Assembly: GCA_900088475.1 (NCBI GenBank)
Contig: FLMG01001956.1
Span: forward strand, 143,876 to 207,875
Reading direction: 5' to 3'
DNA: 64,000 nucleotides
DNA from: Hyphochytrium catenoides
Lineage: Eukaryota; Protista; Hyphochytriomycota
Shown: positions 38,501 to 51,150 of the stretch, in pieces
Numbering within the stretch: position 1 is the stretch's first letter
Layout of the letters: each line of letters starts with the position of its first letter
Notes under the pieces: model-generated
What the model was told of the DNA's origin: nothing
Seen by the model: the letters and a program-made list of their open reading frames with translations, nothing else
The model's database searches: none
Made by a program: the position numbers and the translations under genes

Positions 38501-41500
38501 GCTCTTTTCTGCGGCGTGTACCCTTTGAGCTTAGCCCTTGGGCTAGGTTTCAGAAAAACTGTCGTCCTTGAGACCTTGAGATGCACGTTAACTTACCACT
38601 AAGTGCTTATCCTGCTAACCCGCCTTTACTCTGCGTGATGCTGTCTCATCTCTGGACAGGACGCAGGTCTTCCATCGGTCAATGCTTATCGATTCCCATC
38701 GCCAACTAAGGGAAATGGTACTGGCCAAGAAAAAGTTGGTGAGGATTTGAGACAAGCATCCGATGAGCTCTCAGAAGTAGATGAAGAAGAAAAGGTGAGG
38801 GCAATGACATACAGGTTCTTAAGGGCTGCTTTTACAAATGGAAGATGGTGGTCTGACCTGGTGGCTGTTCTGTCGCATAGCCTTTATTTCGGGCGTTTCT
38901 AGAAAACGTGAAGGTCATGGTAACCATTGAGGCGCGCGACTCTCTTTTTGAGCTGGGGCTCGCATACTACCAGCATATCCTAGGTGCCATGCCTTTCTTA
39001 CTGGATCCACCATCTGCCTTTTTAGCAGAAGCAGGGAAGAGCGGTAAGCACAGACTATGTTAGAGAGGAACAGAAGGACCAATGCTGATTGGAAGAGGTG
39101 GTAGCCACGCAAGGAAGTCGGGAACGCTTTGAAAAATGAAGCTAAGTTTGCAATAGTTAGTACCTCTGAGAGAATTAGGGATGGCAACTTTGGAAGGACT
39201 GAACGGGGAGGAAAAGGAAGAGGAAAGTAGATAAAGAATGCTGACGGCTCCTGCGCCTTTATGCTCATACAAGCTGATCCTCAACCCTCGGACCGCAAGG
39301 AGAAACATTCTGAACCTCAGAAGACAGCGAAAACTCTTTTGGAAACATTCCTCAAGGGGGAGGGTGATGAGGTCACTGTAGACGCACTGGTAAAAGGAAC
39401 CGGTACAAAAGGACCGCGTTACGCCATAGGAGAAGACGTCACTAGACAAGCGATCTTAACGCATGAAATAGAAGAGCAAGGACGCGAAGCCCTGGAAACA
39501 AATGAAGGACCAAAGCCTTCACGGCTACTGCTGGTGGAGATTTTTGACACTCAGTTTAACATCACGGACTCTATCGGCAAAGGCTGCGCCGTCCTTAGCG
39601 TTAACTTTACCAGGTACGTACGAAGATGAAGAATAGCATGAAGAATAACTACAGGGATAACCATCATAGAGGCAGTAGGATAGATGGTAAGGTGATAAGG
39701 GTATGGAGCTCTTGAGGACCCTTTAGAGGTAGCTTTCTAGAACTGCCTTCAGCGAGCCAAGGGACAAAATAGGAAGACACAGTTTCTGGCATACCTACAA
39801 AGAGCCGGTCGTCTTTGAAGTCAACAGCTGTTATGACGTGTTAGTGTAGCTGACCTTCTGTTCTCTCTTGTAACTCTTATTTAGTCTCGAAACAATGATG
39901 CAGAAAGACTGGGAAAGCCACGAGACCCGAATCCAGGTGGATGAACTCGTTCAGTACGTCGCCCCTACCGAGATAGACGTTGGTTCAATGTCAGGAATGT
40001 GGCTCTCGGGAGCTAACATGGGAGGAAGAAAGGTTGTGGAGACGGAGCAGAGCCTAACAACGACGGCACCGTCTACCTCCAAGGGAAATCGAGGCAGCGT
40101 GAACAGTACAAAGTAATGCTCCCGCTGTGTCATCCTAGTGTCCTTAACTGTTTTGAGACAGTCAGCACTCCCACTCATACGGCAAAGGCATCACTAGCAT
40201 CACTCAATGATGCTAACCAGTGTCTGTACTGTCTGTGTGTAGGAATCAGGGCCTGTTGAAGCCCATTATGCATCCTCTTCCATTGCTATTGGCCCTGCGG
40301 ATTGAGCATGGCGTGCCTTCCAATACCTCGCTTCAAATATATGTTGAAGAGGTATACTAAGTTGACTTCTACCTAGCAGGTTTTGAGTCTCGTCTTGAAC
40401 TCGTAGACCTCTAAATTTGCCGCAAGTCTTGAAGATTCTCACTTCTCCATCTAAGCTTCCACTTTTTTGGCAAACTAGCCTCTTCCTTCTTCGTTATGCA
40501 CTCCTTTATTTCAATACCTCTATCTACCGTCCCGCCTCTCACCGAAGCCCCGCCTTGCAGGAAATTGTCTTCGTCCTGAATAGTGATCAAGCTCATATGC
40601 TCAGTCGCGTGCTCTACAACCTTTGTCTGACACCTGTCAAACCCTTCCAAGAGCGGGAGACGCATGAGGTCACGAAAATGCTGAGAAGGCATTTAGGCTC
40701 CACCACTGTAGGAATTAAGCATGGACAAAGTATAGCGGAGGTAAGAAGGGGCAGGTGGTGGCGCAGCCAACTAAGGTGGACCCATCGATAACTAAAAGCT
40801 ACGCTTAATGGCTTTTAAAGAGGTAGATTCTTTTCCGAGGACTAAGTTACTGTTATCCTGTAGGAATGGCAGAAGAAAAGGAGGGAGCGGTGGAGACTGG
40901 GAAGTTTGAAATGGCTAGACAATCGAGCTCATCTGGATAAAGGTATCTTTCCAGCTCTGCGGCTGACGAGACCATGACGAACTGACATATCCTCCGCAGA
41001 ACACCCACTGCTCCTACGATCTATTGGATCCACTTGGAAAACTTCTGGTAAGAACTGATCTCAGGAAAAGGATGATTAAAGCCGGCATTGAGCATGGCCT
41101 CTAACTGATCAACCCTGTTGGTGAATTGCGAGGTAGTCCGCGAAGAGATCAAGTGGACTTTCAACTCCGATAGCTCTAAAGTTCTCGATCTCAGCCAGGT
41201 AAGTCGTGTCCTAGCTTCAGCAGAGGAATGGCACAAAGGGAGATAGGCGAGGCGCGGAAAGAGACAGGTCACACCCAGGTTGAGGAGATGTGTAGGTATC
41301 TGACTTCAGCCTCTCTATGGGACCTAGGAAATTGAGCATTCTAGCCGGAATTTGGAGGAATTGGCTGATAATCTGCACATGTTGGTTCGGGAGGAATACC
41401 AAAGGAATCAGCTTAAGCCAAACTTTGCGCTGGAACTCTCTCTTCAGGGACTGAAAGTCCAGCTACTGAAGGTGCATAGCTGGGATGTTTGGATTCATGT

Positions 41501-43483
41501 GAATGATACCTCTCCCAGTTTCCTTCGTTGTCACTCCCCTTTTTCTTTCTTGCCTAGCCTTATCTCTTACCTTGAGCTACTGATTGATGGTTCCTGTGCT
41601 GTGCAGATTGACGTGCCTTTTGTGGAGATATCTCTACGGCAAGTCTCAGTGGCTGCAAGCCTCAATGATGATGACTCGGGTAGCCTAAAACTTCTGATTC
41701 ACGAACTGGAAGCTCTCAATTTGGCAAAAGATGAGTTCTACCCTGTCGCCATCAGGCCTTTCAGCGAAAGTGGCGTGGGTGAAAGGAAGGAATTCCTACA
41801 GCTGGGAATAGAGGTACATAGTGAAGTCATGAGTTCCCCTCAGTCCTGGCTTAATCTCCCTGGTGCCCATTGAGATTATGTGCTACTGGTCCGATATGGA
41901 GACCAGTTGGTTCCATTATAACCCTCCTCGTTATTGCTACCGTTGTTCTTTACCTCTTCTTCATCAGCTGGCCAGCCCTGTCGGAGGTATAACAATCGTC
42001 CAACTGGCGGAGGTCAACATTCACCCTTTGGAAGTGAATATCACGTTGGGGCTTCTGGAAAACATATCACAGTTTGTCCTCCAGAAGCCAGCCGTGAAAA
42101 AAGTCGCAATACCTGCTTCTGAAGAAGAGAAGCAGCGGTTCCTATTCGATGGTTCCAGGTAGACTCTAAACTCTCTAGTATGGAATAAATCTGGGCCACG
42201 CCCTAATGTCCTCTTGCATGGTTCTCTCTTTGCCGGTCGGATTGTTGGCCGTTCTAGCACGGAGCACACAAATAAGTCAATTCTATCAGTGCTCCCGACA
42301 AAGGGGGCGCTGCGGCGACGAGCGTCCGAGACCGGCCAGCCGCAAAGCAGGACCGGAAGCTTTACCGCACTGGGAGACCTAGACCTGAGAGCTCTGTTGA
42401 GTCCCAATGCTGAGCCTGAACAAGATCACAAAGTGAGTAACCTAGCATTAAGCCCCCTTGCTTACGGACAGGTGAAGGGTTATGCGGAGCCAGAAACCCG
42501 TGATGCAAAAGGAGAACATAGCTCTATATTGTCTTGTTACATCGAAACGGAGAGATAGGATCATGACCCTAGCAATGTATATGAGAAGGACCATCCTGGT
42601 CACTTATTAACTCACTCTTCTATCTCTCGCGCTTGCCTAGGTTACGCAAACCCAGCAATCTCGTCCGAATCACCAATCGCTTCAGGGTCCAGATTATGAG
42701 GGGACAGTCAACGACGCGGATTTGGAGATGATGAAGGAGAGAGCCAAGAGCAATGTCGTCTTCAGACGAGTGAGGTTAGGAGAGGTCAACGTTATCGTGA
42801 GCTATAAAGGAGGAGCAAGAGAAGGCGTGAACTTCGAGGACTTCAAAGGATTTTCCATCAAGCTACATACTCTCGTCTATACCAACAAGACCTGCACTTT
42901 GACGGACTTTGGTCTGAGGTTACGCAGAGACATTGTACTCGACTTGGTCTCTCAAGCCGGTCGGAACTTCAACAACATTGGGCTATTTTTCAAGGAAAAG
43001 TTCGACATCAGCCGCTGGCAAGTATTTGAGCATCTCGCCCCTTCACTGCCGCTAACTCCAAGAGGTAACATCAGAGCAGAGGAGGATAGTCGGCTATCGC
43101 CTGGACCTTCCCCTAGGGGAGCATCACCAGCTCTATCTCCAAAAGGACAACAAGAGCCACGTTCTCCTTCGGCAGGATCTACTAGTCAGTTAAGCCAAGG
43201 GATAGCGAACGAGGATCAGAGCTCATCCACTCCGCACATCGGACACCTCGAGCCCGCGAGCCTGTTGCCAGTTGCATCGGGAGACGACGAGAAGTCCAAA
43301 GCTATTCTGATGTTTGGAAAAGAGCACTCTGCTGTAGGTGGTGGTGCTGGCGGGAAAGGAGCGCAAGGTGCCAAGCTAGCCAACTTCAAAAAGAAGGTTG
43401 GAGGTGTGCTCCACAATCTTGTGCAGCGCTCCGACCATCCTCTACCAGCTCCTGGCTCGCCTCCCTCAAAAGATGCATCTTAG
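29525..43483 (+). CDS. BLTP2: Bridge-like lipid transfer protein BLTP2 / KIAA0100 / FMP27 / SABRE family, >30 exons, contains two assembly gaps
   Basis: N-terminal TM anchor (MEKPKMEISTALILFSTSVVVIPFLLTK); DDPMESWL...ELEERALRQ; WWDILRQTFHG; LLLVEIFDTQFN; QYVAPTEIDV; C-terminal EMMKERAKSNVVFRRVRLGEVNVIVSYKG...EDF...LVYTNKTCT...LRRD (Apt1-like region). Exon structure only partly resolved. Confidence 0.85.
30140..30267. other. Assembly gap (N run)
   Basis: Run of n bases inside the BLTP2 gene. Confidence 1.
35591..35649. other. Assembly gap (N run)
   Basis: Run of n bases inside the BLTP2 gene. Confidence 1.
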
Positions 43484-44153
43484 CAACCAAATGCTGGCAT
43501 ATAACTAATGTAAACATTGCGGCCAGAGTCTGATATTCAAGGCTGCCGTCCCATCACAGTGGGATTGATAGAAGTATAACCCTTCGCATGTCGAAACTCA
43601 GCGTCCACTCTACTCCCAGAGCGAACCTCGCCTCGTACTTTCTCAGTGACAGACCGGATCCATCTGGACGAGGATTGGGAACCGTCGGTTTTCTCATCAG
43701 TTGTACGACTAGCAGAGTGCAATAAGATCCTCGAACAAATCTTCAAGAGGATTGAATGAGTGCTTACATTAGATGGCTTTTTAGTTTACTCCACTAGAAA
43801 GGTTTGCTAGATTCGAGAATTGGAAGGTGGGGAAGCTATTCCTTGGGACTTAACACTTATATTCGTCCACTACTAGTGCTGTATTACAAGATCTTCTTTA
43901 AAAGCCCTCATTTGGTATGCCTTTGTATTGGTTGTGCAGTGTGCCGTGACCAACAGCATCTGTCAGCAGTCAGCTTTGGTGGCCAAGCAAGATGATTCTG
44001 ACGCTCATCAACCTGATGTCAGTCAAGGCTCATTGTTGAAGAAGTCCCCGACCACACGCCTTTCTGTGGCGGCAGCGTAACTCATTTACCTCTATTCTAA
44101 CCCATTCTACGCTGCAAAGACCAACCGCCCGCGGTTGCTGGGGAAAAATAAGC

Positions 44154-44784
44154 ATGGCATCATCATCCTCGCATCTTGATAGCTCTTGCATTTTCTGCAG
44201 AATCATCCAGGTATTGATTCGTTAGCAAAGCAGCCATAACTTTTTGCTGGGATGACCTGCTTGCCGCGAATCATCTATAACCTTAGTGAGGATGTCATAG
44301 GCGATAATCTGACGTACATCCATCCTTTTTAAAGGGCTCAATACCATCTGTGAAGCTTATGGAGAATGAGCATGTCTTTGCCTTTTTTGACATCAACCCC
44401 CTCTCTGAGGGCCATTGTTTGGTGGTTCCCAAATACCATGCCCAGAAGACTCACGAAGTGCCAGATGAATATCTTAAAGAGGTGCTGCCCGTAGCAAGCA
44501 AGGTACGTTCTCTAAGTGTCGACCATGATGATCTTCCTGCTAGCTCCTCGAGGCTACATTAACACTGACAGCTTACGCTGCAGATTATCAAGGCACTAGG
44601 TTGCAGCGACTATAACATATTGCAGAACAATGGAAAGCTCGCCCACCAGGAAGTGATGCATGTTCACTACCACGTCATCCCGAAGCCCAACGCCTCCGAG
44701 GGGCTGGGTGTCCGGTGGCCTGCCAAACCAGTATCCCCGGAGAAATTAAAGGAGCTGGCAAAGCGAATTAGTCCACATCTCTAG
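44154..44784 (+). CDS. HNT1: HIT family hydrolase (HINT1/Hnt1, adenosine 5'-monophosphoramidase), 3 exons
   Basis: SCIFCRIIQ|GSIPS...AFFDINPLSEGHCLVVPKYH...|YNILQNNGKLAHQEVMHVHYHVIPKP...GLGVRWP; histidine triad HxHxH intact. Confidence 0.95.
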
Positions 44785-45097
44785 AAGCTTTCCTTTCTTC
44801 TGCTTTTCTTTCGAACTGTCTTCACGCACACGTCGGGTAGCAGGACCGGCTCGCCCCAAAGCCTGCAAACGTCAGACTGCTGTCGCCAAAGTGGTAAAAT
44901 CACAATTTACTGAACAAGACTGACATCGCCGGCCAGCTATCGCGGTAGAATCGTATTGTGCGAGGTCATGTTGTAGCAGGAAGTCCATAGTAAGGTTCCT
45001 GGCGTACTCTGACTATTAAATAAAGCTGCCTAAGACGCCATTCCAGCTGTGCTGCTTCTAAATAAGCCTTTTAGTGATGAGCTTGAGGATCTTGCCC

Positions 45098-45520
45098 TTA
45101 TAATGCAGCGGACCCCGTGTGCTCATCGCCACTTCGTCTGCGGGCTTGCTGAGACTCTTCGAACTGTTTCTTTTCGATATCAGCCAGCCGTTTGTTCCGT
45201 TCCCGCCGTTGCTCCTTTTCGATCTGTTGGTGAAGCGTGTAGCTCAATAAGCCATTGTTACACCAATCCGGACGGTAAAGCGTAGGTTTTATACCTTAAA
45301 GCACTTGTCCAGCCCTGCCTTCACTTCATTACATGCACCGATATACTTTTTGTAAGGGTTGTTCTTGTGGCACTCAACCAACGCATCTACGAACTGGCAA
45401 CAGTCGTGGAGGAGGCGGCATCTTAGGACCACGCAATAGAAACACGACGGTATTGCTTGTTACAAGAAAATCTCGTACCTCTGCGCAGAGTGGATGGGGC
45501 TTGAAAAGGGGAGGATGCAT
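45098..45520 (-). CDS. CMC2: Twin CX9C mitochondrial COX assembly protein CMC2, 88 aa, exons 45520-45479, 45393-45295, 45223-45098
   Basis: Spliced: MHPPLFKPHPLCAE|FVDALVECHKNNPYKKYIGACNEVKAGLDKCFK|IEKEQRRERN...; two CX9C motifs and an MHPxL N-terminus; both introns are phase-0 GT-AG. Confidence 0.92.
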
Positions 45521-47749
45521 CCTGAGCGCCTCAAGGGAGAAGGTCGGATCACTACCTCTACAGCTACACAGGAGGGTGGCTTGTGAGCGTTGTGGTAGAT
45601 CAGGGGCACAACGCGAGACAAAAGGAGTTCGATTACGCACTTTCTATGAAGGAGGAACTTTGACAGGAATCTCAGGATTTATAAAAGCGCTTTCCATTCA
45701 ACAGATAGATGACTCTCTTCGATGACGAGACGTGAGATGTGCCATATGCACTCTTCCCCTTGTAAGCACTGACGAGGTGAAGACCGAATGTTAATGCCTC
45801 CACAATTCTGGCCTTCTCTGTATAGTTCTAGGACCTCTAACAAATTGAACAAATTGCATTACTTGTCTCCCCACATCACCCCACCACGTGACGACGATTC
45901 TCACTCTCCCAAGCTCTGAGGGGCTGCTAACGGACATCGCACACCAAGAGATGGTGAACGAGAACACTTGGCGTACCTTACATGCAAGACGTAAGACTTG
46001 AAGAATGGCCAAGGGGTTGTTTCAGAGTGATTTTCTGCTTTCCCTGTTGTTGTGTCTCCAGCAGCACTCACAACAACATAAGCCAAGCTCCATAACCCTC
46101 AGTCGGACTTTGCTGATCCAAAAAAGGAACAAGCTTGATGATGAGAAGAAGAGACATCGACGGATAAGTTTCTCCATGTGATATATTTACTGCTGATAAG
46201 CAGAAGAGATAAATGATAAGATGAAAGAAGAAGTAGTAGAAGAAGAATAAGAGTAGCAGTAAAGAAACAAGTAATAGAAGCACTGAAGAGATAAGAAGTC
46301 TTGGACTCTTCCTCCTCATGATTCATTCTCAGGGAAGGGAAAGTTAATACAGTGATTAGGAAGAAGAGGAAGGAGAAGAAGGAAGAAGACTGCAGCATTC
46401 TGTCAGAAGGGAGGCAAGGATGATCGACTCCGGAGGTAAACACGCCTCAGGATCACATGCTGTTTTTTCTTATCATGAAAGATGGCAAGATGATGATTAT
46501 ACGGGTTTCCAGAACGTAAAGCCATACGTAGACGACTTTTACAGCCCCAGAAGAAGAGCGATTGCAGCAGTAAGCTTCAGAACAAGCCATCCTACACTGA
46601 AGGTCAAGGGTAGATGAAGGCTCACAGCACGTCGTCGCACACAATCATGGGCTTCCCCAGAGCGCCTGATTAAGGGCTTAATCCAGAGCACCTGATAAAG
46701 GCTTCCAAACTAATAATGGGAAAGACTCCAGCCGTACAGTACAGCATGTACGATAGGGTCTTTCACACGTCCTAGCTTTTGATTTTTGGATAGAAGACGG
46801 CCTTAATAAGTTTTAATACGGAAGCAGGATAAGAAGTTTTTGGCTCAGTGAGTGCGTGATGATGGATACATCATATGCGTGTATTATTAGGATGAAGTGA
46901 CTTTCAGACCAGAGTCCCGAAAGAAAGGCACGGGAGAAAATGATTTCAGGTGATGTGACGATGACTGAGTAACACTACCACACTGCAACGGCGACGACGT
47001 AAGCCATGGGCTCCAGAAACAACCCAAGGACAAGAGCAAAGGAGGAAAGAAAGAAGTTACGGGAAAAGGAATGCCTCCTAGCGCCGTAAATGTCCATCAC
47101 TCGAAAGAAGGCAGGGACGGACTGCGAGTACAGTAAAAATAAGGGCGTAGACATTATGTGAGAGAAAGCGGCTGCCAACAGGAGGTAGCACCCATCGTAC
47201 TCCATGAAACATTGTTGATGGGATGATAACCAATATTACCTGCTGGAGTCATAAAAAGAAAGGCTAGTACTTCTAGTTAGTGAGAAGAAGAACGAAGAAC
47301 AACTAAGAAGAAGAAAAAGCAGATGAAGTAAGAGCTAAAGCTACAAAGTGTTGTTGGTCTCATCAACTCTCACCTCTGCATTTGGAATTCGCGGTTGAGT
47401 CCTTACAGTAATACTGTAGTGATAATTCTATACGTCCTCGTAGATTTACTGAAAATGTTGGGAGGGGAGAAACGAGGAAAGAGTACTGTAGTGTACAGTA
47501 TGGCTGACAGGTTATCAGGACATCATCTCTACCCGTTCCTTATTAGGTTGAACTTCACACAGAAGTCGCAGTAGTTAGTATCCAAGAACCGTCTTCAAAG
47601 TCATACCGTCATACGAGTAGCCAAGTAGCAAACATGAGGACGCTGCCCCCGGGCAACTTGGGACTTTCTCCTCTCCCAGTAGGAAGTTCTCTAGTGTTGT
47701 AAATCTTCTGTTCTATCTGCAAGAGAAGTCAACAGCCCTCCACAGCGGG

Positions 47750-48033
47750 ATTGGTTGCTGAAAAAAGCCAAAGCCAACGTTCTTCGAATAACCCATTCAT
47801 TCTCTTCTCCCTCCATTGTCCTTTTTTTGCAAAGACCCAATCAATGAAGATAGACACACCTGATTGGATAGCTGATTGGCAGCGTCTGCCAATCAGCGTT
47901 TCGGACGGTTTTCATTGGTTCATACCTCGATCAAAAAACCAAGTATACATCCAATAGGAGAGTCCAAACGTGCTAAAACCAAAGACGATTGGGTGAGGGG
48001 CTGATCTGGCTGTGGGCTCGATGGTTTGATTGG
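47750..48033. promoter_or_regulatory. Cluster of nine CCAAT/ATTGG boxes, including a perfect 12-bp inverted repeat
   Basis: CCAAT/ATTGG at 47750, 47837, 47863, 47875, 47889, 47914, 47951, 47988 and 48029; GCTGATTGGCAG-cgt-CTGCCAATCAGC at 47871-47897. Regulatory role is inferred. Confidence 0.55.
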
Positions 48034-48517
48034 TCCATTTGAGTAGCAGGTGATGTGAAGAGAAGTGGCATTTTGGAGGATCTTTGGGCCTATTGTCATT
48101 GTGACATTGTTGTATAGTAGTAGATGTCCTAGATGCTTTGCTGTCATTGTCCTCATGACGAGTTGTTGTAGGAAGGCACCAGCAGGCTTTAGATGAATGA
48201 TACACATAGGTGGTGACTCTTTGCTGGTAGAGGAAGTGGAGCAATGAACAAGAGACGCCATTCCATCCGCCTGCAGTTTGCAATAACGATCTCCAGTACT
48301 TGGCCCTATTCCACCAAAAACCATGGACCTTTGGGCAAATATAGTTGATACAAGCAGGCTTTATCATCCAGCGCTACACGTTGGGATGCGGACATACAGA
48401 TTCCCCATTATTCAACTTTCCTCAAGCACCTCAAGCCCCCGAGCAAACTCATCGAACTCCCTTTGCCAACGTGTTGACAACATTATTGTCCTGAAGTAGA
48501 CCACCAATTCAAGAAAG

Positions 48518-49141
48518 ATGCAGAAGCCTTTCGTGATCCTTGCTCTTGCAGTCGCTGCTGCTTCGCCTGCTGCTGCCGTTTGGTGCCCTCAGGGCCAGAT
48601 CCCTGTGAGCGTCGAAGGTGGCCAGGATGGCTGTGCATGGCCCCAAGTCTGTGTTGCCGAGACTTGGGGTAACTGCCCGTCGGGCTCCTACTGCACTCGC
48701 GTCAAGACAGGTGTCCTCGGCTGCCGCCTAAACGGCTGGTACCCACCCAACAACTATAACACTCTTGTAACCTATGGGGGATACAACCAGGGTGAGCCAA
48801 CTTGTCCTGCTGGGCAGGCTCCTGTCTCTGTAGAAGGCGGTCAGACCGGCTGTGCCCCTTATCCGATCTGTGCTGGCGTGCAGGGTAACTGTCCTTCAGG
48901 CTCTTACTGTGACATTGTAAAGACCGGCGTTCTAGGATGCAAGCCAGGTTCTGGCCCTCAACCTGGACAATGCCCACCTGGACAGTCTCCTGTGTCAGTA
49001 GAATATGGCCAAACTGGGTGCGCTCCTTACCCCATTTGTTCTGGCGAGCAGTGGGGGAACTGTCCTGCTGGTTCTACTTGTGGTCGTGTTCAGACAGGGG
49101 TCCTTGGTTGCAGTCTCCGCCCAAGAAGCCTTCGCCAATAA
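48518..49141 (+). CDS. Secreted cysteine-rich protein with three tandem ~47-aa 6-Cys repeats, intronless
   Basis: Signal peptide MQKPFVILALAVAAASPAAA; repeat consensus CPxGQxPVSVExGQxGCAxxxxCxxxxxGNCPxGSxCxxVxTGVLGC occurs three times. Confidence 0.9.
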   Translation: MQKPFVILALAVAAASPAAAVWCPQGQIPVSVEGGQDGCAWPQVCVAETWGNCPSGSYCTRVKTGVLGCRLNGWYPPNNYNTLVTYGGYNQGEPTCPAGQAPVSVEGGQTGCAPYPICAGVQGNCPSGSYCDIVKTGVLGCKPGSGPQPGQCPPGQSPVSVEYGQTGCAPYPICSGEQWGNCPAGSTCGRVQTGVLGCSLRPRSLRQ

Positions 49142-50940
49142 ACCCAGGTCTCATTTTTAAATGACTGCCTGCACTGCAGGTCACTTGGTCTATAATAAGG
49201 CGGGTTATTCAGACCAATTGTAAGTAGACTGTCCTGCAACCTATTATATTATGTAATGAAATGACATTGATTTTGGGTCCAAGTGCATCCTCTACAAGCA
49301 GGAATGTAGGGTTGAACCGTGAGTATGCCACCACAGTTCAGCTCCATCCAAAATGCTCTTTCTTACCCTCTTCCAAAGCCAAACCTCCACTTCCTCTTGG
49401 AGGTTATAAGATGATAAAGCCACCTACTTACTCCAGAGTATTTGTTCTTACTGATAGCTGTATGGGTGATGAACCCTCCAGTGAGGTCACACTGGCACCC
49501 GCCTGCTAGTGGAGTTCGCCCATCTGGTCACCACTTGCCCTGCTCATGAAGGAGACAATACAGCACTGAGGTTAAATCATCGTCTGGTAGGTAGCCTTTT
49601 TTGATATGATGCGTCAGTCAACTCCTTATAACAACAAGAATACCGGTGGTAAGGCTTCGTGGCGCACTTTGGCTCAATTGAAGCACAAGCTGAAGGGAGG
49701 GCACTCCTTGGTGCATCAGATTAGTCCAGTTATTATATCTTCACAGGCAATCAGAGGATTGACAGATATAGGTTGAACAATCATCCCACGCACCAAATGG
49801 GTCATCTATACAATAGACCTGGCTGTTCCCAAACGTTGAGTATCAGAAAGCCTTATCGTTCGGCACCGATGCAGCAAGAACTTATCCTCCTGGAATTGAC
49901 TTTAGATCTAAGAATACTAACAATCACTAAGTCCAATCGCCCTCTGTCATTTACAATAAAGGCTCTCCAACAGCTTGCTACCATCGTCTTCTACCGCCCG
50001 AGAGGCTGCATAACCATCCCAAAATAAAGCATTCACCCGCGAAATGAGATTTGCGGAACTACCAACGCGGCGCGATGATGTATCAGAAGTGTTTGACTCG
50101 GTAAAATCATTTTAGATCATATGACCGTCGTGATTTAAGAGAGTTTCTTCATCATAACATCATCGACACCACCAATGGCCCATGGTAGAGCGAGGTCAAC
50201 TCAAGAACGAGGGCATGGAGACACACAACGTCTTTAGGTCAGAGATGCGCGTTGTTGGGAAGTGAGCGAGGGCAGCGCAGCACAAAGAAAGATCATGACA
50301 GGTCTCTATTAACTTAACAAAGCTTAGATGCCTTGAATATCCTGTCCTGACCGCAAGTATTGAACCTCTCTTACCTCTTGAACGTTACACTTGGGGCTCA
50401 CTGCGACTTCAGCAGAGCTTCACGTAGAGATTCAAGAAATGTAAGCCTGTAGGACGGTGGTCAAATAGTTGCCAACACAGCTCGTTCAATCCTTCCGCAG
50501 TGACCGTATGTCCAGCTTCCAAGCTAGCTTGGTGGTCCTGCGCGCCCTGTGTGCCGTTGCCCCTGGTCGCCACCAACAAAGCTGATGGGTGGTGCAGGAT
50601 CTTTTAGGTAGCCGCTAACGGCCATACTGGGGGGCAGACGTCTCCCTACTGAGGGCCGGGAGATGACCCCTGCCCCTGATCTCTGTTTGTTTCCATAGTC
50701 TTCCTTTATTGGGGGTACCGCCACTGGTGCTCCCGAACATCACACGCTTACCCCACTTCACTTATTTTCCCCCTTCCCTTGTGATCCTCGAACAACGTGT
50801 AGGTTTTCAATGCCCATTCAATCTGCAGGAAGATTTCTTGGTTATCATTGATTCCTGGAGGAGCCCTCTGTCGCTACTCCATCAGAACCCTCACTCGATC
50901 TCTTTCCAGAGGAGGGAAAGGCCACACGCTGCTGTTATTA

Positions 50941-51150
50941 CAAAGGAGAGTGCAACTGCAGGTGGAGAGACAGTGAGTAGGGAGAGAGAGACACAGAGAG
51001 GAAATGGGAAGAGCCAGAGCGAGAGGAGAGCGACAACGAGAGAGAGGAGAAGGAGAGAGAGAGACAGAGCGCGAAGAAGAGAGAGAAAGGAAAGAGGAGG
51101 AGGGAGAGAAAGGGAAGAGGGAGAGAGAGCGAGAGATAGAAGGTCAAGAA
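50941..51150 (+). repeat. Imperfect (GA)n purine-rich low-complexity tract
   Basis: Long runs such as gagagaggagaaggagagagagacagagc. Confidence 0.8.

Noticed and set aside
40943-40999. BLTP2 intron with U12-like donor GTATCTTT
   Set aside because: The branch region is U2-like (ACTGAC) with no TCCTTRAC; not supportable as a minor intron.
46655-46706. Imperfect direct repeat CCAGAGCRCCTGAT(T)AARGGCTT x2 with a small hairpin
   Set aside because: Only two copies and no spacer array or element ends; not CRISPR-like and not assignable.
49112-49141. RSLR (RxLR-like) motif in the secreted Cys-repeat protein
   Set aside because: It sits at the extreme C-terminus with no dEER; RxLR effector motifs lie shortly after the signal peptide.
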